DNA of 64,000 nt. Origin: Eledone cirrhosa (lineage: Eukaryota). The stretch is from contig OZ024740.1 of the NCBI GenBank assembly GCA_964016885.1, forward strand, positions 147,932,001 through 147,996,000, written 5' to 3'. The translations under genes were made by a program, and so were the position numbers. Below the pieces are notes generated by a model that was given only the letters and a program-made list of their open reading frames with translations, had not been told where the DNA came from and ran no database searches. This document shows, piece after piece, positions 11,202-26,067 of this stretch (position 1 is its first letter; each line of letters starts with the position of its first letter).

Positions 11202-14200
11202 CTGAAATTATATAAAATAGGATGAAATTAGTTTGCTAGATTTTATTAGGAACAGAACTAGATTTTAATTCCTAAAATTATGATGTTTTTTCTATTAAAA
11301 AAAAATGTTTAATTGGTCATTAAAAAAAAATGTTTAATTGGTCATTAAAAAAAAAAAATCATAAAATCGTCATAAATAAGAATTAATACTTGTTAATTAG
11401 GCATAACACCATGATTTTAGAATTTCATCCATGGCATCAAATACTTGCAGAATATTATGATTTCATTATTAATGAGTAAGAGAACAAAATCCTGTGCACT
11501 TATGTATTGTTTTATGATATAAAAAAGATACATAAAGACAAAAATGAGGGGTTCAGCCACAATTAATGAAGATTTTAGATATATGCAATATTTTTCTTTT
11601 TACTAAGGCATAATGTGTTAAGTCTATGCATGCTACACTGTGATTTAATTATAATTAAGACAGGTAATTACCTGAGTAGTGTAATTGAGGAAAAATAACC
11701 ACAAACAGTTTTTCTCCATAAACCAGACATTTTTGTTTAAAAAAGAATTCTAGATGGTAAACATGAATAGAAACTGGACCTTGAACATACCTTAGTATGT
11801 TGTCAGCTATGCTTCCCCTAGTTTTTTACTTATATGTTGATATTTAAAATCAGCGTAATGTCAATGTAGAAACATAAACCAGAAATACTTTAAATTGCAG
11901 ATTTCATAAATTTACATATTACACATTTGCTACTAATATATACCCTTTTATATTTAATGGAACAAATAAATTGAACTTAACTGTTGCTACAGAAACGAAA
12001 GTAAACATGGCCATAACTCAAAGCTACTTTATAATACTGATCTGGTTATCATAATTAAGTATAGCCACTTAATTATTAAACTAATTAGAACTGTCACCAT
12101 GTAACAGCTCCAATAATTTTTATTGTTATTTTTACACCATCCTCTTCCCACACATCATTTTACTAATAAAGAAAGTATGAATTTCCACATCTATTCATTT
12201 GTTTGATATTATTTCAAGCATTAAATGACGGATCAAATAAAGGAATTTTTTTTTAAATCCTACCATTATAGTGAGCATCAATTGTTTTTTAGCTAAACAC
12301 TTTTGTATGTGTGTCATATATCGGACAACCAATATATCAAGTATACAATATACTAAGCAACTTTGTTCACTCACTAAATAATTCTCTTGTTCTTGTGATA
12401 ATAACTGCATATCTATGTCTCTGTGTGTTTGTGCATATGTAACTCACTTTTTCCATATATAAAATGTTTGTTGTTATTCTATTTGTTTGTCAACCTTGTT
12501 TGAACAGATGTATGATCAAAGCCATTCCATCCATGGTGGCAATTTCCTCTGTTTAAAAGATATCTAGGATGGCATTATTTACTGTCTACATTTTTTAAAG
12601 ATGGTAGATGATATTTAAAGCAGATTTGGCTGTTATTTCTAACATCTTTAGAAATCACTTAGTGGTCTACTCTTTGTATTGACAAACCCAAACAGCAACT
12701 GATATTGATTTGACAGATGAATCTCGTAGATATAAATAAATTATTTATATTGTGTAAATTTAATTTCTTCTCAAATGCATCAGAATTTATTCCTACCATC
12801 TAAAATATAAACCTGCTGATTTTGGTTCATGGTAGGTATGAGCATGAGTAAATATAACCATCAAAGGTACTCAAGAATGATCACTAACGTAGATTTATGT
12901 GAACATGCACAAAAGCATATATTTGTGTGTATACATACTTCAAAATCTATCTTGGCTTTTAATAAAACATTTTTTAAGAATTCACAAGAAAGAAGGATTT
13001 AGAAATATGATTATTGAATTAAATTTATCTAAGTTAATTATTTGTAAACATAAATCAAGCATTACATGTAGCATAACATTGAAAGGCTATTTCATTTTAA
13101 TTTAGTTATTGGTTTGGTCAAGAGGAAGGGGCTATGCTTAAGGCTTTTGCAAGCCCTCAAATAATAGTGAGTCTGATATGATTGGTGGACTTCTTTAACA
13201 ACTGCAGGAAACACATAAGCAGGGAAAAAATTTCAGAAAGTTGACATTTTTGAGAGAAAGTATTGGGGGTATATCGAGTAGTGAAGAGCTTAGTGGGGGT
13301 GGGGTATAGACAATATTGAGCAAGAGAAAAAAATGAGTTGAGTATAGGTCTTGGTGGTAGTGACATGAAATTAACCAACCAATTCTAAGGAGTAGAAGTA
13401 ACTGTGGTTACAGGAGAAAAGGCAAAGAGAGGAAGCAGCACATTTGTGAGCTAAACTGACTCTATGCTAGTGAACCAAGTTGTATTTTTTATGACGTTGG
13501 TCTAGAAATTGTGACAGGCCAAATCTACAATGTGGTTTCTATTACTAGTTCAAGCTGATTCACATCCTTGTATTTTTGATGCCCTAGAAAAGCATGACAT
13601 GCAATTTTCCACTAAATCATTCACTGAAACATAGTACATTTGTGCAGAGCCCAAAAGAAAACTATTTCAGTATTTAAAAATATTTTGAATTAATAAAAGA
13701 TTTAAAAAACAAATTCATGGAAGAGTAAGCTATCTATATTTCATTACCTTCCCTGCATAGCTCAGAACTATATAATTAACAGTGCTTAAAGCAGAGCCTA
13801 GCAATATTGAATGAATTTTTAAGTGATATTCAATAATAATAAAGAAGTTCTTGTTTGATTGTTTCTTTGTTATTTTGCCTATTTTTGTTTTGTTTTGTTT
13901 TTGATGTAAGAAATGATGGACATGCTATAGCAAAGTCTAATTATAAGTAGGTATTTGCTTCCTTAAAAGTCTATAGAACAGTTGAACATATAAGCTAAGA
14001 AATAGATTTTTGAGGTCATAGAGTCTAAATTCCAGAAGATAACTGTATTGACTACAATATGTGGTGGAGATGGTGATAGTTGTGAAAAACAGTAGGGGTG
14101 ATCATGATAATAATGGTGTAGGTTGTAGTAATATCAATGGTGTTTCTAGTAGTGTATGATGATGATGAAACTGTAACTAAATAATAACAGTCAAGGGAAG

Positions 14201-15671
14201 GGTAATGTCTAAGCACAGGCTAGCAAATCAAACTGCACTCATTGACCCCCAAACAACAACACCCAGAAAATATATTTTTGTTATTTATTGGTGTGGTATA
14301 TTAAGCTTCAATAGAAATAAAGAGTAAAATTATAGATTCTGGATATTTTAGATAAAATCAGTCCTCCCAGCAAGAGCCTTTAATCCAGTTAACTTTTGAT
14401 TATATATCAGTCTGGCATATTTTTATTCTCATTTGTAATTTTTGTTTTATTTTTGGTTTCTTTTTTATTTAAAACTGATAGATAAGTGCATTTCAAAAAT
14501 TGCTGTTTCATTGGAATAAGCTATGAACTAAAACTAGTAAAAACAAAAAGCTTAAAAGTTATTTCACAGCTATTTCGTTAATAATCATTTCATTATTATT
14601 ATTATTATTTAAAGAAATCAATATCATTTCTTTAATTATTATCAATGTTTTTGTTTTTGTTGATAGGATAAGATGAGAAGAGGGTTGACAACAATGATGA
14701 TGATGTTGATGATGAATGTGGTGACATGATATGTTTGAGGTATATGATAATGTTTTCTCAGTTAAAATTTTAACCTAGTTAATTTTGTTGTTTGTCACTC
14801 CAGAAGAGAAAATATGTACCAACACAATTGGCTATGCCTAAAAAGTGAATTATTATCATCTTAGGGTTAGTTTGAGTGAGACAGGATTACTGACCATAAA
14901 GACTTTTAGTATAAGGCATGTCCAATATTATTGAGCAATGCATTCTATTCTGTTTAACACATAACTATGCCTACATAACTAATATACTTTAGGAAAAAAA
15001 CCCCAACCCACTAAAATATTAAAATAGAAACTGAGTAATATTTGAATTGAAAATTTTATAATTTCTATGTAAGCATTTGCTCATAAATCTGTTCACACTA
15101 GTGTTTTCCCTTTATCTTCAACACTATACATCAAGTTGAGTAGCTTAATGAATTCAAAATTTGTACTATTGTTTGAATGCAGATATTTAACAATTAACTG
15201 CCTTTTCCGACAATCAACCAAAAGAGTGTGAATATCAACTAGATAAATTCAGTAATATGCATTAACAAAGGACACAGGCCAATGCTTGTGAAAAGTATAT
15301 TAATGTATTGACTTTAAACAGATAGATTAATATGTTAATTCTAGTCGGTCAGTTCTGATGTATAATAAAAAATACCAAATCGAGGCTAAAATCAATGCAA
15401 GAATAAAGTTAGAATTCCTTTTATATATATATATATATAAGTAATTTTCTGATCCACCAACCTAATAATGATTTTTAATTTAGACACAAAGCCAGTGATT
15501 TGGTGGGGAAGAAATTCGATTACATCAACCCTAGTACATGAAAGTTCTTCATTTTATCAACCCCGAAAGAATGAAAGGTAAAGTAAGCCTCAGTGAGATT
15601 TGAACTAAGAAAATAAAGAGCCAGAACAAATACAGCTAAGCATTCTAATGAGTCTTCCAGTCTAACTCCCT

Positions 15672-16082
15672 AATAATTGTTTCTACATTTGGCACAAGGC
15701 CACAATTATCCAGTGTATTGCTGGTACTTTATTTTATCAACACCATAAGGATGAAAGGCAAAGTTAACCTCGGCTGGATTTGAACTCAGATCATAAAGGG
15801 TAGTAACTCTGTTGCAAAGCATGGCGTCCTACCCTCTACTAATACTGCCAATCCACAGCCTGACAATAATGGCTTCTTATATAGGCACAAGGCCAGCAAT
15901 TTTGGGGTAGGAGAAAGTCAATTAAATCGACCCCAGTGCGTGAGTGGTACTTTATTTTATCGACCCCATAAGGAAGGAAGGCAAAGCTAACCTCGGCGGG
16001 ATTTGAACTCAAACCATAAAGGGACGTAACTCTTTGCTGCAAAGCATGGCGTCTGACCCTCTACCAATACTGCCAATCCACT
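15672..16082 (-). mobile_element. Two tandem SINE family 1 copies
   Basis: Copies at ~15672-15860 and ~15866-16082. An older copy lies at ~15480-15610. Confidence 0.85.
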
Positions 16083-17254
16083 AGCAAATTAACAAGGTAC
16101 TGCAGGATTGTATAAGCTAATAAACTACTTGTCAACTAGAATATACAGGTTCATTTTAACAAGTCATAAAGGTTTTGTGTTTTAGAAGTACAATATGCAC
16201 ATTTTTGCCTATGGGCATTAACATCATCATCATCATTGTCTTACATTCATTTTCCTTGTTGGCATGGGTTGGACAGCTTGTCACAGTCTGAGACAATATA
16301 GAATTAGGAGGACAATGTCTTGCGCATATGTCCCATTTTTGGCATGATTTCAACAGCTGGATGCCTTCTCTAATACATATCATTTGAGAGGGTAAACAGG
16401 GTGCATTTTACATCAGTACTAAAGAGAAAGTGTAAACTCATCACAGTGAAGAAAGGCAGTAATGGGTGAGAATATGCTAGATGAGGCACTACAGTGGGAG
16501 CAGTGGTAGCTACATATTTGTTACTAAGAGAAAAATGTAGAAGTGGTAGGGAGTGCAAAAACATGTGTTGGTGGTGAATGCTAAGTAAATTAGTTCAAGT
16601 TAGGATTTAAAACAGCATCATGGCCTGAGCTAACAAGAAATTACCTCATGTTTTATAGTGCTTGCTAAACACAGTTACAAAAATATTATTATGAAATTTT
16701 AAATGATAAAAAATATAAAAATCTCATCAAAAAAAAAAAGGGGGAACAAACACAGACAACAGCTGTTGCTAAGTAATAGTTGTAATTGAACAAAGTGTAT
16801 CTGGTTGCATATAACATGCAGCTTTTCAAAAATGAAATCAAAAGAATCGAATACTTCCGAAATATTACCAATTCACCTAAGTGTGTGCAGATGTGAACAC
16901 GTGCATGTGCATATGCCACACTTTAGCTTTACTGATCTTTTTGTGTAATCTACGGCCAATGAATAGGACAAGGTGTTATAAATAGCAGCATAGAGTGTAA
17001 ATTTTAACAATATCACTTTTTCACAGTATGTATACTTAATTTTAATAAAGAAACAAATCAGATCATGCTTACTTTAGCATAAAGTATTTATTTCTATTGA
17101 AATAAGAGATAAGATAGAGTATTAAGAACAAGATCAGAACAAAGAGAAGCAATAGTAGCCATTGAGAAGGTCACAGAATGTGTGACAAAAGAGCTTTGAC
17201 AATTAAATTTGACAGTTAAACAACAAACATCCAAATGGATTAGTTACCTAACTA

Positions 17255-17445
17255 ATAATTGTTTCTACTTTTGGCACAAGGTCAGCAATTATCTCAGTGC
17301 ATTACTGGTGCTTTATTTTATTGACCTCATAAGAATGAAAGGCAAAGTTAATTTCAGCGGTATCTGAACTCAGACCGCGAAGGGCCGTAACTCTATGCTG
17401 CAAAGCGTGGCATCCAACCCTCTACCAATACTGCCAATCAACCGC
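17255..17445 (-). mobile_element. SINE family 1
   Basis: Similarity to 21341-21529. Confidence 0.85.
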
Positions 17446-19528
17446 TCATATTACTAATAATAAAACTGAAGTGAAATTCAAGTGGTGCACTTTTAGTCAT
17501 GCCACCTACATGAACACTTTACAGTGTGGGCTGGGTGCTTTTTGTCATGTTACCTACACAACCTACAAAATGGGCTGGGGCTTAAGTGGAGGGATTGGTG
17601 AGGTAGATCTAGGGGCATGTATGAGGGGTCGGAATGTTCAGGTGTGGGTGGAGTGTTAGGAAATGGGAGGTACAAGAGAGAAAGGGATATGGACAGGGGA
17701 GGGGGAAAGCAGTGCATACAAGATATATGTTTCAGCCTGTGCAGGTGGGCCTTCTGTATTACTACATAATGCCAGAGATCTCGATCCTGTGTTAGAACCT
17801 TCAAGAGGTGCAATTGTGCAAGGCCAGCTTTTATCACCTTATCCTAGGTCTTTGTGTATGTGTGTGTGTGTGTTTGCAGGAACATAGATATACTCGATTT
17901 TTGTGCCTGAGCATACATATATCATATCAGGTGTGAGTGCCACCTATTCCTTTTTAGGACATCATTTAGGAAAATTTTGATGTAATACTTGTGGCTCACT
18001 GGCTGCCAATGATGCTGACATTTTCTTCCTTTTTGATACCTGTCACCATTGTTCAGAGAGTGGGATTGGTCCAGTGCCAAGTCTTTCTTCTTTCGAAAAA
18101 GCTTCAAGCACAGGAATCAATTGATCTAAACATCATACATGTGAGTTGCATGAGCATGGCTGTCTATAGCCAAAAAGGACATTTTTTTTTCTTTCACTGC
18201 AACATATGCAGAAAGGAGTGCAAGTCCTTGGAAGGACTAAAAAGCTGCATTTGTGACACCATGTGTGAGAAAAGGATCAAGTGATAGCAATTCTCAAAGG
18301 TCAGATGCAGCCATCACATCTATATATCTATGCCATAGAAAAGGCTTGCTGAACACATAAGCCGAAACCACTTGGTGCAGTGGTCAAGATTTTACATATC
18401 TCTATATCTATGTATCTATTTCTCTCTCTCTATATATATATATATATCTGTGTGATTGTGTGTATAATGGGTGTATATTATACATATTTATTATTGTTAG
18501 ATTTCATGCTATGTTAGAGCACTACTATTGCTTATTAATTCAAACCAGCCAGCTTTTGCTCTGTATGCAAATGAACATCATCAGCCAATGTTCACAGGGA
18601 AAAACTATAAGCTTTCAGCTTATTTTGTCTGAACAGCAAAGATGTAAGCCTCTCTGTTGATATAAAAATCCACAATAGGTGCCATTAGGGTGCTCTCCCT
18701 TTGTTAATAAGAATAGCAGTGATATGTTCACAGCTTATTAAAACATCATAGCAAAGTTAAAAGGATGTTTATTATATATAAACATTTCATATATATTTCA
18801 ATATAAAACCCTTGTTATATTCCAGTGTGTCAGAGGGCTACTACTGCTTATATAAATGTATATATATAATATTGAAGCATTTTTCTTTCTTTTTTTTTTG
18901 TAATTTTTAGCTGTTTAGAAACTTATATAAAGCAATGAAAAGTAAATTTAGTAGGGTATCATCCGGTATAACAAAGCAATTAATTGTTCCTCCAGAACTG
19001 AATCAAGACTAGTTAGTTTTTTATTTATTGAGAATATAATACAAAGATCACTTTTTTTAACATTCACTGTTTCGTTTTAGTACAGAAAAAGAAAGTCATT
19101 GACTATGTTCCTGGCAGATACATATGGAGAAGCCAAATTCAAATATCATATTGGGAGGAAAGAATACACCAAGAGCTGTGTCAAGGAAATTTGAATAATC
19201 TACCTTTTCGAGACCTTGTCAGTATTTGTATCCAAAAAAGTCAGTGTTTGAACATTGTAGGCTCAAAAAGACATTCAACAAATCTTTTCTTAGTTCAATA
19301 GATATAGAATAACTAATAAAATAAAGCTAAGGTGTATGAATTAACAAAGTAAAATGTGTAAGATATTGGGGAGAGTAAGCAGAATAGGTGTAACTACCAT
19401 AGTTAATTGGTTTGCTGGCATCTTTCACAATCTTTTACTTATAAGAAAGTAAAGCAAAAAAGACTTTTGCATATTAGATCTCAGAAATGTAAACTATGCA
19501 GGTTTTCAATAACATCAGAAATAGAAAA

Positions 19529-19713
19529 TATTGTTTCTACTTTGGGCACAAGGCCAGCAATTACCCCAGTGCATTACTGATACTTTATCTTATCGACCCT
19601 GTAAGGACGAAAGGAAAAGTTAACCTCGGCAGGATTTGAACTCAGAACAAAAAAGGGCCATAACTCTATGCTGCAAAGCATGGTATCTGACGCTCTACCG
19701 ATACTGCCAATCC
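19529..19713 (-). mobile_element. SINE family 1
   Basis: Similarity to 21341-21529. Flanked by aaaatattg direct repeats. Confidence 0.85.
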
Positions 19714-20446
19714 ATACAAAATATTGATAGCTCAAACATTTCCTTCTGGAAACCTTTATTCCACTTGTTGACGATACTTACTCTATAACATTTGGTGTTA
19801 CTTTTGGAAATATGTTTATTGGTATGAAAAGGGTTGCTTATCTATGCATATATAATTATACATGGGTACAAGAATATAAATGCATACACAGATAAATATT
19901 ATATAAATTATATTGATGTACATATTATATAGAAAGATATGGTAGTATGATGAGTAATAATATGAAACAAGAATTGATGGATTGATTTTTTTTACCTGTT
20001 ATTGGAGTTGTAATGTCCAAGGGAATAAATAAAACTTAGCTAAAGTGTCAAGAGCTCATACCTGACCGATGTGGTAGCGCTGTACTCTGTTCTAGGCATT
20101 GAAATACTGCTTCACACACCTGACAACAGATCAGGTAAGAAAGCAGACTAGAACAATCCAGTGGTAGATTATTGAGGTCATAAAGAAACTGTTATGTACT
20201 CTGGTTGTTACAACTCTAATATCAATTCCTTTGAACAAAAATGAATAAAAACCAGCTGCTAATCAAATGTAAGTGTCCTAATATAGTCATAATTGTAGAT
20301 TTGAGATTTGGTAGAAAGCTATTTAACAATGTGTCAAGAACTCCAGTGAAGTAAGGACGAGTTAGAACATTAATCAGGTCAATGAGGAAAGTTAAGGATT
20401 CTTTATTGATTACTTCAATCCAGTTTATTTGCTACCTCATATAACA

Positions 20447-20449
<3 letters not shown>

Positions 20450-20535
<86 letters not shown>

Positions 20536-20551
20536 TGTGTGTGTGTGTGTG
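20450..20551. repeat. (GA)n-(GT)n microsatellite
   Basis: Visible directly. Similar tracts at 704-766, 34693-34819, 54972-55030, 57184-57314, 60374-60675 and 61851-61966. Confidence 0.98.
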
Positions 20552-21173
20552 AGAGGATGTGTATGTATGCATCTATATATCTTTATGAGTGTATACACTT
20601 TGATGAGAATGCAATTTTATATATAGATTATTAAAATGAACAGATAAGCCTAATAACTTTCCAAGTATACTTCAGGTATTATAAATACTTCATAGTATTG
20701 TTTTTATTATGAAAATGATTGAAGATTTTAAAGAGATCATCCATAACAAAAGATCATGTTGATTAAAAGTTTCTCTTTGGATACATTGGATAAGGGGTTT
20801 TGTTTGCTCAGCTGGAGTTTCTCAAGATAAAAGGAGCCCCCAACTAACTGTATAAAGCAATAAAATACTTTCACAGAGCTTGATTATGGTAACACCATAT
20901 ACTGTGAACAAGTCAGTAAAGAGGGTTGATACCTCCCATCTATAATGTGTTTTTCATATAGTGACATTTAAAAAAATATGTTTAACCTAATGAGCATTAA
21001 TGAATATTATTGCCATGATTGTTTGTGGTAAAAGCAAATCTGTGTAATAATACTTGTTAATTGAATAATTAATTAATGGTGATTTTAGGGTGAGTTAATA
21101 CTGTAGTATAATGTGGTGAGACAAGATGGTAAAGTATTATAACATGAATTATAACATAAAATACTGTTATAAG

Positions 21174-21307
21174 ATAATTGTTTCTACTTTAGGCACAAGG
21201 CCAGCAATTATCCAGTACATTACTGGTATTTTATTTTATCGACCCCGTAAGGATGAAAGGCAAAGTTAACCTTGGCGGGATTTGAACTCAGACCGTAAAG
21301 GGACGTT
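21174..21307 (-). mobile_element. SINE family 1, 5'-truncated
   Basis: Reverse complement of 21395-21529. 13-bp direct repeat gttataagataat at 21166 and 21305. Confidence 0.85.
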
Positions 21308-21340
21308 ATAAGATAATATTATGTAATTATTATGTAATTA

Positions 21341-21529
21341 GGCGGTGGATTGGCAGTATCGGTAGAGGGTCGGACGCCATGCTTTCCAGCATAGTTACGT
21401 CCCTTTATGGTCTGAGTTCAAATCCCGCCGAGGTTGACTTTGCCTTTCATCCTTACGGGGTTGATAAAATAAAGTACCAGTAATGCACTGGGTAGTTGCT
21501 GGCCTTGTGCCTAAAGTAGAAACAATTAT
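21341..21529 (+). mobile_element. tRNA-derived SINE family 1 (full length)
   Basis: A-box-like TGGCAGTATCGG and B-box GAGTTCAAATCCC. Central ctttgcctttcatccttacggggtcgataaaataaagtaccag. Flanking direct repeat attatgtaatta. Confidence 0.9.
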
Positions 21530-23424
21530 GTAATTATTAGAAGCAGACAATTAATTACAGGGTCTCCCTCTCAAATTTGTCATTATTAACCTCAACGTTG
21601 TCAATGTAGATATCAATCTCATCATTGTCAACCCCAAACTCATTAACATCAATCTCAATTTTATCATCATCAACTTAAATTTCGTTGTTACAGTAAGATT
21701 GGGTGAATTTTTTAATATTTATTATAACATGACTCTTTATGGTTAACACAAGAATCAAACAAGAAATCAATGTCTAGTGCAATAAAAACCTACAGACATG
21801 AGTTTAACAATTGCCAATTGGAAGATGAAGTTATTGTATGTCTTGTCGTAACTATGCTCCTCTGAGGAGGTTTAATAAGACTGAAATATATTTGTTGCTT
21901 TCACAATTGGCTTTAAAGACCAGAACCACTCTAATCTGCATTGTCTATATTGTTCTAAAATGTTGATCTTATTAGAGTTTGTTTTTAGATTTTAAACATT
22001 TGAAGAGGGAGGTTATATCTCCTAAATGCTTGGATAATCTCAGTTGATTGAAGATTTTCAATTTGTTATATGACATGTGTGAGACCCTACAGTATTTGCA
22101 TCAAGTGTGAAAACAGTCCCCTGAGGTATTTTTCCTCAGACATATTGTGTGTATATTTTGTATATATAATTTGTTTTTGTTTTTCAGTATTAGGGTAGAA
22201 GAACATCCATATGTTCACCATAACAGGTTGCTATCCAATAGATAATTAAAATATATGAAAACCATTTAATGCAAGGCTGTTGACTATAGATTTATCTTAA
22301 TAGACAGTCAGGCAAGTGTGACATTCTCCACCCCTGTGTCCACCTTTTATTAGCAGGCAAACCCTCTCACTATTACTCCAATATAACATTAACCCAGGCT
22401 GTCATTGGGTATCTGTTTGTCTATCTATCCATTCATCCAGCCATCCATATAGTCTTTGTTCTATCAACTTCTTTTCTTCCCTACCCGTTCTCTTTCTACC
22501 CACACACACACTTACTCTCTCTTTCTGGCTCTATCTATCTATCTATCTCTTACAAACACACCACATGACCATATATGAATAGACAAAATACATTAGGTAA
22601 CCAAAGCATGTAAAAATAAAAACAAATATAGGAACAAGTAGGAGTAGAGGCCCTCAAATAAAGGAGAGAAATAAAGAAGAAAATAAAAAAAGATAATGAG
22701 ATGAAATTGGTTACAGGTTTAATTGAACAAAATATTAAATGCTCAGTTTACTCAGTTGAGCTACAATAAAAAATGTACAAAAAAAAAACATATATAAGAT
22801 AACAAGATTAAAAAAAGGAGACAATAAAAAGACACACCCCAAAGAATGAGCAGACAATTCAACCAAATGTAAATGATAATAATAAAACCAACAAGAACAT
22901 AACAGCAACAGAGCAAATTTTCGCCAATTTTTAACACATGATTCTGTTTAAATGAAACATCTATTCAACGTCCACACGACCACACAACTACAATTCGATA
23001 TTTCAAACCCCCATATGGGAAGTCTATTGAAAATGTGTAAATTTATACGAATCCTTCATTTTGTTGATTGTTTATTCTTGTTTAATGTTTAATAGTTTTT
23101 TTATTTCATTTTTTGTGGGCTAATATATATATATTTTTGTATATTTTATTTCACTTTTTATCTAGCAATAATAACGTGTAGTCAATGCCCCCAACACACA
23201 AACACACACACACACTCACACTTACGGACACTCTTACATACAAAGATACACACACAATTAATGAAACTAAATATGATAAAAAAGTATGAAAGAGAATATA
23301 GAAGATTACTCTTTTTGTTTATTTTCACCTTTCTGTGGTTGTTGCTGCAAATGTCTGTGTGTGTATGTGTGTGTGTATATATATAATATATATATATATA
23401 TAATATATATATATATATTATATA

Positions 23425-25633
23425 TCATCATCATCATCATCATTTTACGTCCGCTCTTCCCTGCGTGCAAGGGTGGGACGGGTCTTATTCAGCACAGCAT
23501 TTCTCCACTTGTCACGGTCCTTCGTCATCTCCACCGTGAGCTTCAGCGATCTGAGGTCTGTTCTCACCAACTCCGCCCATGTTTTTTGTGGTCTACCTCT
23601 ACCATGTCTTCCTTCAACTGGCATTTCCTGGCACTTCTTCACCCATTGGTCATCCTCCATGTGCATCACATGTCCATACCACCTCAGTCTCCTCTCCCGT
23701 ACACTACATTCTATCCCTCTCAGACACAGTTTCTCTCTCAACACATTCATGCTGGGTCGTTCACGCACATTGACACTGCACATCTAACGGAGCATGCTTG
23801 CCTCATTTCTCTCCAGCCGTCGCATATCCTCTGCAGTTGCTGCCCATGTCTCACTACCATGCAACATTGCGCTCCTCACACAGGCATCATATAACCGGCC
23901 TATCGTACGCAGGGAGAAACCCTTCTTCGTCAGCAGAGGAAGCAGCTCCCTAAACTTCTTTCAACCCGTCCTTATTCTAGATACTATGGCCTCGGAACAC
24001 CCCCCCCCCCCCCCTCCCATGCTAATCTGATCTCCTAGGTACCGGAAGCTATCCACCACTTCTATAGCACCCGCCTGCATTTGAAAAATGTGTCTATCAA
24101 TGCGACTTATACTGTCTAATTTCCCTGTACATCTACTGCATACATATTTCTCCCTACCTGTTAGTTTGCCTGCTATCCCGCTACATCTCTTGTGTACTCA
24201 GGATCTGCATTGTGTGCATTTTATAGAATTTATGCCAATTCCTTTTCTGGATATCGAACATGGCCATTTCCCTGACGGAATCAGAGTTTTGTCCTCTTTT
24301 CTACTCATCAACACTTTTGTCTTAGCTAGATTTACTCTCAGTCCTCTTGCTTCCAACTGCTGTTTCCATAGCCAGAATTTATTCTCTAGCTCCTCTACTG
24401 ATTCTGCTATAAGAACCAGATCGTCAGCATAGAGAAGTTCCCATGGATAGCCAGTCTTAAACTCCTCTGTTATGGCTTGGAGGACTATAATGAACAAGAA
24501 CGGGCTGAGGACTGAACCTTGATGTACTCCTACTTGTGTCTGGAATTCCTCACTAAACTCCATTCCTACTCTGACTTTACTGACAGTACCTCTGTACAAA
24601 GTTTGCACTGTCCTCACAACCATTCCTCAACACCTAGTTTTCTTAGGGACCACCAGATGACAGATTGGGGTACCCTATCAAAGGCCTTCTCTAGGTCAAC
24701 AAAGGCTAAGTATAGTGGCTTATTTTTCTCTAAGAACCTCTCTTGCAATTGTTTCACCAAGAAGAGGGCATCTGTTGTACTCTTCCCAGGCACAAAACCA
24801 AACTGCATCTCATCTAGTTTGACCCTTTCTCTAATTAGTTGTGCTAATATCCTTTCTGCCACTTTCATAACCTGATCCATCAGTTTCATACCCCTATAAT
24901 TGCTCCTCTCCAGAGCATTCACTTTACCATTGTAGCAATTTATGAGAATACTGTTGCACCAGTCTTTGGGTATGACACCACCATATATAGCCTGATTGAT
25001 GATGCGTGCAACCAGTTTAGTGCCTACGTCCCCTGATGCCTTCAGCATCTCAGCAATTATTCCCAATGGTCCAGCAGCCTTACCATTTTTCATTTCCTTA
25101 AACGCCTCTTGGACCCTATATTCGTCAATCTCAATAGCTGGTCCCTCTGTCGGATCTACTGAGGGTAATTTCTCTCTCTCCCATTCGTTCTTCACATTCA
25201 TCAGTCTCTCATAATAACATTTCCAGGCCTCCTTTTTCTGATGATTCGTGACACTAAGTACACCGGCATCGTTCCGGACAACATCCTGATTTGCATTGAC
25301 ACACTGCCTTGCAATGTGGAACACCGCACGCCTCTGATCTTCCCATCGCAGAACATTGGCAAACCTCCCACTCTCAGCCTTCCTGCGTGCTAAGTACACA
25401 TGACATCTAGCTTCTCTCTTAGTGGCTGTATATTCGTCCCTACTCCCACCCTTTTTCCAAGCCTTCCATGCTAGTCTTTTGTCTCTAATGGCCTTATCTA
25501 CTGTGCTGTTCCACCACCAGGTCACTCTCTGTCTGGTTGGAGCTCTGTTCTAGCCACAAGTTTCATCAGTAGCGTGCAGTAAGTTGTCACGTAAGAAATT
25601 CCAGTTATTATCTATGTCATACGTCACTAAATC
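23425..25633 (-). mobile_element. RTE-clade LINE (family A), 5'-truncated, disrupted ORF
   Basis: RT motifs across ORF pieces 24614-25525, 24198-24623 and 23445-23783: [59 protein letters not shown]. Frameshifts and stops present. (GAT)n tail at ~23425-23443. Confidence 0.95.
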
Positions 25634-25988
25634 ATGCAGTAATACAGAGTACCCGACCTCCCATGGGTACAAGCTGAAGCATATAGACAATATGCCCCCA
25701 CACCCTCCCACTGCAAAGTGGTCGTGGAGGTGCCACGGCTAAAAAGCACCCAGCCCACACTGTAAAGAGGACATGTAGGCGCCACGGAAAAAAGCACCCA
25801 GCACTCACTGTAAATGAGGTTGGTGTTAGGAAGGGCATCCAGCTGTAGAAATCAAGCCAAAATCAGTACCTGTATGAGCAAGGCATGGTCAGCCGACCAG
25901 ACACTGCCCACAACAGGACAACCCGTCTAACCCATGCTAGAGTGGAAGAACGGACGTAAAACGGTGATGATGATGATGATGATGATGA
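25634..25988 (+). mobile_element. Short retroposon / LINE 3'UTR (family C)
   Basis: Near-identical to 36996-37330. Shares the cactgtaaatgaggttggtgttaggaagggcatccagctgtagaaa module. (GAT)n tail. Confidence 0.8.
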
Positions 25989-26067
25989 TACATTATATAT
26001 ATATATATATATGATGATGATATATATATAATATATATATACATTATATATATATATATATATATTA

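Noticed and set aside
13150-13500. Possible CR1/RTEX-like C-terminal relic on the minus strand (HKCAASSLCLF)
   Set aside because: Too decayed to call without an alignment.
20062-20119. Exon-like segment on the minus strand (cag|GTGTGTGAAG...TCAG|gtatga)
   Set aside because: Its phase is incompatible with Mitf exons 1 and 2 (TAG in the required frame) and it has no family similarity. A poison exon cannot be excluded, but there is no support for one.
23286-23894. 202-aa plus-strand ORF and other ORFs antisense to RTEs (24088, 24519, 27252-28943, 38018-38743)
   Set aside because: Shadow frames of RT-coding sequence.
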